A DNA stretch of 63,258 nt, filler included. It is 5 parts of 5 records of this genome, joined end to end, with 100 filler letters (N's around TTAATTAATTAA, not from the genome) between each part and the next. Parts side by side here need not be neighbours in the genome. Positions count along the whole stretch, not along the records: positions 10,289 to 32,328 come from SRR2962707_3578; positions 32,429 to 37,574 come from SRR2962707_3579; 3 more parts are not named here. One strand, written 5' to 3'. The notes beneath the pieces were generated by a model that worked only from the letters and a program-made list of their open reading frames with translations, was not told the DNA's origin and did not search any database. The first letter of the stretch is position 1. Each line of letters opens with the position of its first letter. Shown piece after piece: positions 23,206-33,038 of the stretch. Position numbers and translations under genes: made by a program.

Positions 23206-24015
23206 ATGCAAACAGAACAATTAATTCAACAAATAAGAACTAAAAAATCATTTTTATGTATCGGCTTAGATGTTGATATCAAAAAAATACCGAATCATTT
23301 ATTGAAGGAAACAGATCCTATTTTTGAGTTTAATAAAGCTATTATTGATGCTACCCACCATTTGGCTGTGGCTTATAAACCTAATATTGCATTTTATGAA
23401 GCTTTTGGAATTAAAGGATGGGAAGCTTTGAAAAAGACAATTAATTATATCAATGAGAATTACCCAGAATTGTTTACCATTGCCGATGCAAAACGAGGAG
23501 ATATTGGGAATACTTCTACCATGTATGCAAAAGCTTTTTTTGAAGATATGGAGTTTGATTCTGTTACCATAGCGCCTTATATGGGGAAGGATTCTGTAGA
23601 GCCGTTCTTAGCTTTTAAAGATAAGCATACCATTCTTTTAGCACTCACTTCTAATGAAGGAGCATTTGATTTTCAGACATTAAAAGTAGGAGAAGTTCCT
23701 TTATATCAAAAAGTATTGGAGACCTCTAAATCATACAAAAACTCTGAAAATTTAATGTATGTAGTGGGCGCTACAAAAGCTGAATATTTAAAAGAAATTC
23801 GACAAATTGTTCCTGAAAGTTTTTTACTTGTTCCTGGAGTAGGAGCTCAAGGAGGAAGTCTGGAAGATGTTTGTAAATATGGGATGACAGAAAATATTGG
23901 CTTGTTAATAAACTCTTCTCGAGGAATTATATATGCTTCTAATGGAGAAGATTTTGCAGACAAAGCAAAAGAAAAAGCGTTAGAAATGCAGCAACAAATG
24001 GCTTCTTTTTTATAA
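23206..24015 (+). CDS. pyrF: Orotidine-5'-phosphate decarboxylase
   Basis: [41 protein letters not shown]. Start set at MQTEQL because ATG 23176 lies inside the repeat. Confidence 0.95.
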   Translation: MQTEQLIQQIRTKKSFLCIGLDVDIKKIPNHLLKETDPIFEFNKAIIDATHHLAVAYKPNIAFYEAFGIKGWEALKKTINYINENYPELFTIADAKRGDIGNTSTMYAKAFFEDMEFDSVTIAPYMGKDSVEPFLAFKDKHTILLALTSNEGAFDFQTLKVGEVPLYQKVLETSKSYKNSENLMYVVGATKAEYLKEIRQIVPESFLLVPGVGAQGGSLEDVCKYGMTENIGLLINSSRGIIYASNGEDFADKAKEKALEMQQQMASFL

Positions 24016-24024
24016 AGCTGTAAT

Positions 24025-24810
24025 TTGAAAGATCAATTAGGGCGACATATTAATCTAAAAAGTACTCCACAAAGAATTATATCTTTAGTGCCTTCGCAAA
24101 CCGAATTGTTATACGATTTGGGTTTGGAAGAACGTATTATTGGAGTTACAAAATTTTGCGTGCATCCCAAACGAGCCCTTGTGAATAAAACGGTTGTTGG
24201 AGGAACAAAAGATGTAAAATACGAACTTATACAATCGCTTAAGCCAGATGTTATTCTTTGTAATAAAGAAGAAAATACTAAGGAAATAGTGTCGACTTTA
24301 GAGAAGATTTCAACAGTTCATGTTTCAGATATTTACACGCTCCAAGACAGTTTAGCACTTATTAAACAATATGGAGAATTATTTTCCGCAGAAAATTCCG
24401 CAGAAAATTTAATTACAACCATTACGAGCGAATGGAAAAGTTTTAAAGCTTTTGTTAAGGATGCTTCAGAAAAAAAAGTGGCTTATTTTATTTGGAGAAA
24501 ACCATGGATGGTGGCTGGTAATAATACTTTTATTGATTTTTTGCTGAAAGAGAATAGGTTTATAAATGCATTTGGAGAGAAAGCTCGCTATCCAGAAGTA
24601 TTACTTTCAGAATTGAAAATGATGGAAGATATAGATTACATATTATTGTCATCTGAGCCTTTTCCGTTTAAGCAAAAACATATTGATGAAATTCACCGAG
24701 AGCTTCCTTCTGTAAAAATTATTTTAGTGGATGGCGAATACTTTTCATGGTATGGCTCTCGACTCCAAAATGCATTTAAGTACTTTGAGAGTTTGCATAA
24801 AAAAATATAG
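24025..24810 (+). CDS. Helical-backbone metal receptor (BtuF-like substrate-binding protein)
   Basis: PQRIISLVPSQTELL, GVTKFCVHP, GGTK, LSSEPFPF, DGEYFSWYGSR. Confidence 0.85.
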   Translation: MKDQLGRHINLKSTPQRIISLVPSQTELLYDLGLEERIIGVTKFCVHPKRALVNKTVVGGTKDVKYELIQSLKPDVILCNKEENTKEIVSTLEKISTVHVSDIYTLQDSLALIKQYGELFSAENSAENLITTITSEWKSFKAFVKDASEKKVAYFIWRKPWMVAGNNTFIDFLLKENRFINAFGEKARYPEVLLSELKMMEDIDYILLSSEPFPFKQKHIDEIHRELPSVKIILVDGEYFSWYGSRLQNAFKYFESLHKKI

Positions 24811-24947
24811 TAGACAAAGATATAAGACCGCTTCGCTGTAAGAAAAAAGAGAAAATATTTCCAAAATGTCTTTTAACCCTTAATATTAGGATGCTTTTCA
24901 GTATTTGAAAACATTTTATTGGATAAAGGGAATTAACTTTAAAGCAT

Positions 24948-25030
24948 AAAAAAACCGATTCGGAAAAATCGGCCTTTCTAAACTAACTAACTGCTAACTC
25001 AAACTATTCAAGTATGAAACTCATTTTGAT
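24948..25030 (-). ncRNA. Candidate ~80-nt small RNA
   Basis: Minus strand: -7-box-like CAACTTTG (25042-25035), a GTTA-repeat body, then a CCGATT/AATCGG hairpin followed by U7. Confidence 0.4.
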
Positions 25031-25143
25031 GGTACAAAGTTGCATAAACAGAAAGGAAATAGTGTTAACTAGAAATTACCAAAATATTAAGTTGAAGGTA
25101 ATTTTGTTTAGAATTGTTGCGCTAGAAGAGTCTGCTTTGAGAA

Positions 25144-25998
25144 TCAGCTAAAAATGATTGTTTTGTTATTAAAAACCATCGTTTTTCTATCGATATGAAG
25201 TTTAATTCCCCGTGCCAAAACTATTTTTTCCAAATCTCTTCCTTTCATAACTAAATCGTCTATAGAATGGGCATGTGTAACACGTGCAACATCTTGTTCT
25301 ATAATAGGGCCTGCATCTAATTCCTCGGTTACATAATGGCTAGTAGCTCCTATAATTTTAACCCCGCGTTTATAGGCGGAATGGTAAGGTTTTGCACCTA
25401 CAAAAGCAGGTAAGAAGGAGTGGTGAATATTGATAATTTTATTTTGATAACGCTCAATAAGTTTTTCTGATACTATTTGCATATACCTTGCCAATACTAT
25501 AAAATCAATTCCGTGTTCTTCTAATAGTTTTAATTGCTGTTGCTCGGCAATTTCTTTAGTATTTTTTGTTACTGGAACATGGTAAAAAGGGATTTTAAAA
25601 CTCTCGGAAATATGTTTTAAATCGGGATGGTTGCTAATAATAAATGGGATTTCAACATTGAGTTCGCCAGCATTATAGCGACCTAAAATATCGTACAAAC
25701 AATGATCGTATTTCGAGACAAAAATTGCCATTTTAGGTTTGTAGTCATCTGTATATGCCTGCCATTCCATTTCATATTTTTCTGCAATCAACTCTTGGAA
25801 AACCGATTTAAAATTTTCGTAATGAAAGGTTTTTGGGTTGAATACGCTTTCGCATCGCATAAAAAAAGTAGTGTTCTGTCTATCTACATGTTGGTCGATA
25901 TACACAATATTTCCATGGTTTTTATGGATAAAGTTGGTTACCGATGCTATAATTCCCGATGTATCTTTACAGTGAATGAGTATTGTTATTTTTGCCAT
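25144..25998 (-). CDS. purU: Formyltetrahydrofolate deformylase
   Basis: N-terminal ACT domain, VSKYDHCL, VLARYMQI, INIHHSFLPAF, GATSHYVT, DAGPIIEQ. Confidence 0.96.
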   Translation of the reverse strand: MAKITILIHCKDTSGIIASVTNFIHKNHGNIVYIDQHVDRQNTTFFMRCESVFNPKTFHYENFKSVFQELIAEKYEMEWQAYTDDYKPKMAIFVSKYDHCLYDILGRYNAGELNVEIPFIISNHPDLKHISESFKIPFYHVPVTKNTKEIAEQQQLKLLEEHGIDFIVLARYMQIVSEKLIERYQNKIINIHHSFLPAFVGAKPYHSAYKRGVKIIGATSHYVTEELDAGPIIEQDVARVTHAHSIDDLVMKGRDLEKIVLARGIKLHIDRKTMVFNNKTIIFS

Positions 25999-26311
25999 AT
26001 TTTTAAAAATAGCTTTCCAAAAATGGACGTGCTACCAGGTGTTTGGTTAATTTATTATTTGTAATATTCAGACGTAATGCACTGAGTATCTTTTTCTTTC
26101 AAAAATAATAGCTTTTAGATTATTATGCATATGGTTTCTTAAGTTTTATAGTTACTTATTGTTGAAAAATGTTATAAAAAGACTTTAGGATTTTCCTTAA
26201 GTTTGAGTAGAATTACAACGTAAGAAAATAGGATTAACTTATTCTTAAAATAAGCCCCTTTTTTATGCAAATTCTGTAAATTGCGTACGTATAAAACACA
26301 TCTTATTACAA

Positions 26312-29300
26312 ATGAAGCAATCAAACTCATATATACCTAAGAATAAAATAAGAATTGTAACTGCAGCTTCCCTCTTTGACGGTCATGATGCTACCATAAA
26401 TATTATGCGCCGTATTATCCAAGCAACTGGAGTGGAAGTAATCCATTTAGGACACGACAGAAGTGTTGAGGAAGTGGTAAATACTGCTATCCAAGAAGAT
26501 GCAAATGCTATAGCGTTGACTTCTTATCAAGGAGGGCATAATGAGTATTTTAAATATATGCACGATTTGCTTCAAGAGCGTGGTGCTTCGCATATCAAGA
26601 TTTTTGGTGGTGGCGGGGGTGTTATTCTTCCGGAGGAAATAAAAGAATTAATGGATTATGGTGTATCTAAGATTTATTCTCCAGATGATGGAAGGGAATT
26701 AGGATTACAAGGAATGATAGATCATTTGGTGGAAAATTCTGATTATGCAAACCCATCCCTAACCCTTCCCGAGGGGAAGGGAATAGAAGAAGCATTAAAG
26801 GAAAAAAATATCAATACTATAGCAAGACTTATTACACTAGCTGAAAATAACCACGATATATTTCTTAAAGAATTTGAAAAAATGAAGAATTCCTCTCCTT
26901 CGGGGAGGTCAGGAGGGGCTATCCCTGTCTTAGGAATTACAGGTACTGGTGGTGCTGGGAAAAGTAGTTTGGTAGATGAGGTGGTACGTAGATTTTTAAA
27001 CGATTTTGATGATAAAAAAATTGGAATTATTTCTGTAGATCCCTCCAAAAGAAAAACTGGAGGCGCTTTGTTAGGAGATCGTATTCGGATGAATGCCATT
27101 AATAATCCACGAGTATATATGCGTAGCTTGGCAACGAGGCAATCAAATCTAGCGCTGTCGAGACATGTTGCTGAAGCTGTAGAGGTTTTAAAAGCTGCTG
27201 AATACGATTTAATCATATTGGAGACATCTGGAATAGGACAAAGCGATACCGAAATTCTAGATCATTCGGATGTATCCTTATATGTAATGACTCCAGAATT
27301 TGGTGCAGCCACGCAGTTAGAAAAAATTGATATGCTCGATTTTGCCGATTTGGTGGCCATCAATAAATTTGATAAACGTGGGGCGCTAGATGCACTCAGA
27401 GATGTAAAGAAACAATACCAGCGCAATCATGGAATGTGGGAAGCTAAAGCAGATGATATTCCTGTATTTGGTACCATAGCCGCGCAGTTTAACGACCCCG
27501 GTATGAATACACTTTACAAAGAAATAATGAAAAAGATTGAAGAAAAAACTGACGCTCGTTTAAAATCGAGTTTTGAGATTTCTTCAGAAATGAGTGAAAA
27601 AGTATTTGTAATTCCTCCAAATAGAACTAGGTATTTATCGGAAATTGCTGAGAATAATCGCGCTTACGACAAGAAAGTGGATGAGCAGGTAGAAGTGGCT
27701 CAAAAGCTATATGGCATTTATCAAACCTTATGTAGCGTTACCAATACAAATTTGAGCTTATCGAAGCATGGAGTTGAAATTTCTTCGGAAGATAATAAGC
27801 AATCCGAATTTGTTAAACTTTTGGTAGGCGAATTTGATAGGGTAAAGCTTAATTTAGACCCTCATCATTGGGAGACAATTTTAAGTTGGAAAGATAAGGT
27901 TGCCAAGTACAAAGCACCATTATATACTTTTAAAGTTAGAAACAAAGAAATTAGTATGCAAACGCATACCGAGTCGTTATCTCACACGCAAATTCCAAAA
28001 GTAGCATTGCCAAAATACCAAGCTTGGGGCGATATTTTACGTTGGGTTTTACAAGAAAATGTGCCGGGGGAATTTCCGTATTCTTCAGGTTTATACCCTT
28101 TCAAACGTACAGGGGAAGATCCTACACGGATGTTTGCTGGAGAAGGAGGACCAGAACGAACCAATAGACGTTTCCATTACGTAAGTTTAGGAATGCCTGC
28201 AAAACGTTTGTCCACTGCTTTTGATTCTGTTACCTTATATGGGAACGATCCCGACCATCGTCCAGATATATACGGAAAAATAGGGAATGCAGGAGTCTCC
28301 ATTTGCTGCTTAGATGATGCTAAGAAATTGTATTCTGGCTTTAATTTAGCAGATGCTATGACTTCGGTAAGTATGACTATTAATGGACCTGCGCCGATGT
28401 TATTAGGCTTTTTTATGAATGCAGCCATAGATCAGCAGTGTGAAATCTATATCAAAGAAAATGGTTTAGAAAAAGAGGTTAAAGCGAAAATCAAGGCAAT
28501 TTATCAGCAAAAAAATAGTGAACCCCCAAAATATCAGAGTTTTTCTCGTAATGAAGGCGCAGATGAAGTAGGGTTGCCAGAAGGAAACGACGGACTCGGA
28601 CTCATGCTTTTAGGGGTTACTGGAGATATGGTGCTTCCAAAACATGTGTATCAAGAAATTAAAGAAAAAACTATAGCACAGGTTCGTGGAACGGTTCAAG
28701 CCGATATTTTAAAAGAAGATCAAGCGCAAAATACCTGTATTTTCTCTACCGAATTTGCATTGCGATTAATGGGAGATGTGCAAGAATACTTTATAGAAAA
28801 CAATGTTCGTAACTTTTATTCCGTATCAATTTCTGGTTACCATATTGCGGAAGCTGGCGCTAATCCTATTACCCAATTAGCATTTACTTTAGCAAACGGA
28901 TTCACTTATGTGGAGTATTATTTGAGTAGAGGAATGGATATTAATAAGTTTGGGCCTAATTTATCTTTCTTCTTCTCCAATGGAGTTGACCCAGAATATG
29001 CCGTAATTGGAAGAGTAGCTCGTAAAATTTGGTCAAAAGCATTAAAAGAAAAGTATGGTGCCGATGCACGTTCACAGATGTTAAAATACCATATCCAAAC
29101 TTCAGGTAGGTCTTTACATGCGCAGGAAATCGATTTCAATGATATCCGAACAACGCTTCAAGCACTGTACGCTATTTACGACAATTGTAATTCATTACAT
29201 ACCAATGCATACGATGAGGCAATAACCACACCTACAGAAGATTCTGTGCGCCGTGCAATGGCAATTCAGCTTATTATCAATAAAGAATTAGGCTTGGCAA

Positions 29301-29785
29301 AAAATGAAAATCCTATTCAAGGGAGCTTTATTATAGAAGAATTAACCGATTTGGTGGAAGAAGCTGTGTTAAAAGAATTTGACAGAATTACAGAACGTGG
29401 AGGCGTATTAGGAGCAATGGAAACCATGTACCAAAGGTCAAAAATTCAAGAAGAAAGCTTGTATTATGAAACCTTGAAGCATACAGGAGAATACCCAATT
29501 ATTGGAGTGAATACTTTTTTAAGTAGTAAAGGTTCTCCTACAGTAATTCCTTCGGAAGTAATCCGTGCAACAGAAACGGAAAAACAATTACAAATAGCTA
29601 CTTTAGAAAAGCTTCATAGCATTTATAGTGAAGAATCAAAAGATGCGATTGCTAAAATACAAGCAGCAGCTATTCAGAATAAAAATGTATTTGAAGCTTT
29701 GATGGAAGCAACTAAAGTGTGTTCATTAGGACAAATAACACAAGCATTGTTTGAAGTAGGAGGGCAGTATAGAAGAAATATGTAA
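26312..29785 (+). CDS. icmF: Fused acyl-CoA (isobutyryl-CoA type) mutase / MeaB-like GTPase
   Basis: B12-binding [10 protein letters not shown]-loop GTGGAGKS, mutase [27 protein letters not shown]; 1157 aa. Confidence 0.9.
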   Translation: MKQSNSYIPKNKIRIVTAASLFDGHDATINIMRRIIQATGVEVIHLGHDRSVEEVVNTAIQEDANAIALTSYQGGHNEYFKYMHDLLQERGASHIKIFGGGGGVILPEEIKELMDYGVSKIYSPDDGRELGLQGMIDHLVENSDYANPSLTLPEGKGIEEALKEKNINTIARLITLAENNHDIFLKEFEKMKNSSPSGRSGGAIPVLGITGTGGAGKSSLVDEVVRRFLNDFDDKKIGIISVDPSKRKTGGALLGDRIRMNAINNPRVYMRSLATRQSNLALSRHVAEAVEVLKAAEYDLIILETSGIGQSDTEILDHSDVSLYVMTPEFGAATQLEKIDMLDFADLVAINKFDKRGALDALRDVKKQYQRNHGMWEAKADDIPVFGTIAAQFNDPGMNTLYKEIMKKIEEKTDARLKSSFEISSEMSEKVFVIPPNRTRYLSEIAENNRAYDKKVDEQVEVAQKLYGIYQTLCSVTNTNLSLSKHGVEISSEDNKQSEFVKLLVGEFDRVKLNLDPHHWETILSWKDKVAKYKAPLYTFKVRNKEISMQTHTESLSHTQIPKVALPKYQAWGDILRWVLQENVPGEFPYSSGLYPFKRTGEDPTRMFAGEGGPERTNRRFHYVSLGMPAKRLSTAFDSVTLYGNDPDHRPDIYGKIGNAGVSICCLDDAKKLYSGFNLADAMTSVSMTINGPAPMLLGFFMNAAIDQQCEIYIKENGLEKEVKAKIKAIYQQKNSEPPKYQSFSRNEGADEVGLPEGNDGLGLMLLGVTGDMVLPKHVYQEIKEKTIAQVRGTVQADILKEDQAQNTCIFSTEFALRLMGDVQEYFIENNVRNFYSVSISGYHIAEAGANPITQLAFTLANGFTYVEYYLSRGMDINKFGPNLSFFFSNGVDPEYAVIGRVARKIWSKALKEKYGADARSQMLKYHIQTSGRSLHAQEIDFNDIRTTLQALYAIYDNCNSLHTNAYDEAITTPTEDSVRRAMAIQLIINKELGLAKNENPIQGSFIIEELTDLVEEAVLKEFDRITERGGVLGAMETMYQRSKIQEESLYYETLKHTGEYPIIGVNTFLSSKGSPTVIPSEVIRATETEKQLQIATLEKLHSIYSEESKDAIAKIQAAAIQNKNVFEALMEATKVCSLGQITQALFEVGGQYRRNM
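26751..26783 (+). repeat. GC-rich palindromic element translated in frame in icmF (left copy)
   Basis: CCCTTCCC-GAG-GGGAAGGG perfect hairpin with a CCCATCCCTAA leader; encodes [10 protein letters not shown]. Confidence 0.7.
26891..26920 (-). repeat. GC-rich palindromic element translated in frame in icmF (right, inverted copy)
   Basis: CCTCTCC-TTC-GGGGAGG hairpin plus TCAGGAGGGG tail; reverse complement aligns with the left copy; encodes [10 protein letters not shown]. Confidence 0.7.
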
Positions 29786-29830
29786 ACTGATATACATTAC
29801 AAGTATAGAATTATAAGATTTAAGCTAGGA

Positions 29831-29972
29831 AAAGAGGCTCTCTAAAAAGCAATCTGTACTTGTCTAAAGGAGCTTGTTGAAGTTTTTAAACAACATATAA
29901 TCAAAATAATCCTTCAACAAGCTCAGGATGACGTATAGATTATACTATAGATACTTTTAGACAATTTCTTTT
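29831..29972. repeat. Degenerate REP-doublet / MITE-like element
   Basis: Perfect inner IR GAGCTTGTTGAAG (29870-29882) / CTTCAACAAGCTC (29912-29924); imperfect outer IR AAAGAGGCTCTCTAAAAAG / CTTTTAGACAATTTCTTT. Confidence 0.55.
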
Positions 29973-30054
29973 CTTTAAAGAGGGGCTATATATCAAGAAA
30001 CCCCAATTAAAAAGAAACAATTTTTTAAGTATCTTCGTCTTCAAAATAATAGAA

Positions 30055-31047
30055 TTGGAAAAGAAGCGAATTTTAATTACTGGAGCAGCAGGTTTCTTAG
30101 GATCTCATCTTTGCGATCGGTTTCTTGCCGAAGGCATGTATGTTATTGGAATGGATAATTTAATTACTGGCGATTTAAAAAATATAGAACATTTAAGAAG
30201 CAGTGAGTATTTTGAGTTTATCCATCATGATATAACTAAATATGTTGATATTTCTGGAACTTTAGATTTTATTTTACATTTTGCTTCTCCTGCTAGCCCC
30301 ATTGACTATTTAAAAATTCCAATTCAAACATTAAAAGTAGGAGCTCTAGGAACACATAATTTATTAGGATTAGCCAAGGATAAAGAAGCTAGAATTCTGG
30401 TAGCATCGACTTCCGAAGTGTATGGAGATCCATTGGTGCACCCCCAAACAGAAGAATATTACGGAAATGTGAGTCCCGTAGGACCTCGTGGTGTTTATGA
30501 TGAGGCAAAACGCTTTATGGAATCAATCACAATGGCATATCATCGTTTTCATGGAGTGGATACGCGTATTGCCCGTATTTTTAACACTTATGGACCAAGA
30601 ATGCGTCTCAATGACGGACGCGTAATTCCAGCTTTTATAGGACAAGCATTGAGAGGAGAAGATTTAACCGTTTTTGGAGATGGAAGTCAGACACGCTCTT
30701 TCTGTTTTGTGAACGACCAAATAGAAGGAATTTATAAACTTTTAATGAGTACTTATCACGAGCCAGTAAATATTGGAAACCCTACTGAAATTTCTATTAA
30801 AGATTTTGCTGAAGAAATTATAAAACTTACAGGAACAGATCAAAAAATAGTATATAAGCCTTTACCTACAGACGATCCACTACAACGGCGACCAGATATT
30901 ACCAAAGCAAGAGAAGTATTAGAATGGGAGCCAAAAACTTCAAGAACAGAAGGGATGAAAATTACCTATGATTATTTTAAAAATTTGCCTGAAGCAGAAC
31001 TTTATAAAAAAGAACATCGCGACTTTAGGAGTCACACAAAAGGGTAA
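30055..31047 (+). CDS. UDP-glucuronic acid decarboxylase family protein
   Basis: [44 protein letters not shown]. Confidence 0.93.
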   Translation: MEKKRILITGAAGFLGSHLCDRFLAEGMYVIGMDNLITGDLKNIEHLRSSEYFEFIHHDITKYVDISGTLDFILHFASPASPIDYLKIPIQTLKVGALGTHNLLGLAKDKEARILVASTSEVYGDPLVHPQTEEYYGNVSPVGPRGVYDEAKRFMESITMAYHRFHGVDTRIARIFNTYGPRMRLNDGRVIPAFIGQALRGEDLTVFGDGSQTRSFCFVNDQIEGIYKLLMSTYHEPVNIGNPTEISIKDFAEEIIKLTGTDQKIVYKPLPTDDPLQRRPDITKAREVLEWEPKTSRTEGMKITYDYFKNLPEAELYKKEHRDFRSHTKG

Positions 31048-31803
31048 TTTCATTCCTATAAAAAATTAATGCTTTTAAAGATTCAGGTAAGTATTTGCAG
31101 CCAATATTTTATACATTTTGGTATGATACCAAAAAGCCATGAATTTTTCATGAATTTGATTAAAATAATCCCTCTCAGATACATTTTAATCCCTTACAGA
31201 CATGTTTACCTCCTTAATTTTATCATTGAAATCCAGTGAAGTGCAGATATCCAAACGGATCTGATGCAACTTTAAATAATGGGGTACGGTCAAAATTCCA
31301 GATTTTTATAAAAAATAGCCAGATTTTGACATTTAGTATTTGATGAAAATTAAACATATTAGCTATCTGGAATTGTTCCATTTGATATATGGAATGCACC
31401 CTTTACGATTTTTTCATTAGCCCAAGAACAGGGAATGGGCATTATGCCCCCGACCTATAAAAATATAACATACCATATGTTAAATTTTGATGCTATGAAT
31501 AACGCTTTAGAGAACCACTGGATCAAAGGGTACATGTATAAAAGAGTGGTATGGATAGGTCATTGATATGCCCCTTTTTGAGCCCCAGACCGCACTTTAC
31601 AAGGGAAACGGTTTCTGTCATACTGAAATGCCTCAAAATGGAAAGAAGTAAATATGAAGATCACTGAAGGTATAAACGGAGTCTTTCAAAGTAGACTAAA
31701 TGTATACTTTTTTTATCCATAACGGCTACCTGGGCTGCGTTCGGACTTATTAATTTTAAATTTTACTATTCTATAAAATATAAAGTCAATAGAAAGGTGG
31801 GAT

Positions 31804-32328
31804 ATGAGAAAGAGTTACCACATATTATATATTAATGTTCCTTGGCATGTAATGGAAACATTTGAAAGAGTAATCCGTGAAGTTAAAAGGGAAAAAGAGA
31901 TTCAATTCCAGATAAGCAAGGCCTATACTCTGGGGCAAGCTCTCAGCTTTATGGATGACGGTTCCATTGATTTGGTTTTTCTGGATGTTTTTATATTCCC
32001 CGCTACGGATTGGGAGGGGTTGTCAAGGAATACTTTGGTGAAGAAGTTACATGAACGTCCCCCTAGGATTGGGGTAGTAATCTTTTCGAGTTATACAGAC
32101 CATTTCCATATCCGTTACATGTTCAAGAACCTTCATCCTATGGGTTTTGTAATTAAAAAAGAGATGTGTTATAAGGAGATGACCACAGCCCTATACCGTC
32201 TTATAGACAACACCCCATATTACAGCAGGACAGTCGTAGGATACCTGACCGAACAAGGAGCTAACACTTACCTGCTGGATGAAGAGAATCATCTGTTGCT
32301 ATACCTGCTCTCACGCTTTTATACCATG
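31804..32328 (+). CDS. Divergent response regulator (receiver domain, probably NarL-like), 3'-truncated
   Basis: IDLVFLD, VVIFSSY, GFVIKKE, YYSRTV layout; the N-terminal acidic pair is missing. Confidence 0.65.
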
Positions 32329-32428
32329 NNNNNNNNNNNNNNNNNNNNNNNNNNNNNNNNNNNNNNNNNNNNTTAATTAATTAANNNNNNNNNNNNNNNN
32401 NNNNNNNNNNNNNNNNNNNNNNNNNNNN
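32329..32428. other. Artificial contig linker
   Basis: 44 N + TTAATTAATTAA + 44 N. Confidence 0.98.
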
Positions 32429-33038
32429 GGGGGGGGGGGGGGGGGGGGGGGGGACTTGAAGTCCTCCAGGGGGACAGAGAAGCGGCGCACGATGCCTGCG
32501 CTGGGAGGTGTCGTGGGGAGGTGGTCGCGTTTTCAAGAGAGGCTGCCACTGCAGGGTCCGCAACCGGTCTTGGCGTTCATGGACGCCGCTGCAGGCAGTT
32601 GAAGGTCTCCAGCAGACCTTGTTTTACCTCGAACCACTCGGGTGCTGAGGCGGGAACCGCGCCTCAAGTTGGGGAGGTCCAGACCAAAAACAAAAAAAAA
32701 CAAAAAAAGGCGTGCACCACTTGAAGAGGTCCGAACCACGGTATGTTATTGTGTTATGCTTTACAGTTCTGCACACACAAAGAATGAATTGTACAATGTG
32801 TACTTGTGACCAAGGCACTAGCACTAGCAGCCAAAACGACCTTCACTCGCCCAATGGGCGACTGAAAGGCGCAGACTCTTCCGTGTGGCGCAGCACAAGG
32901 GCACCGTTGCTTTGCTTTTTGTTTGCTTCGCTCTGCTCCTCAGCAGGAAATGGGTGAGCAAACAGACAATTGATTGCATGCCATGCTTAACGGTTAAAAT
33001 GAAAAACGAATGGAAGATCGGCTGGGGAGCCACAAACA

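Noticed and set aside
32429-32724. Poly-G run and open frame at contig start
   Set aside because: 25 G at a contig edge is likely an artefact or homopolymer break; the frame has no recognisable motif.
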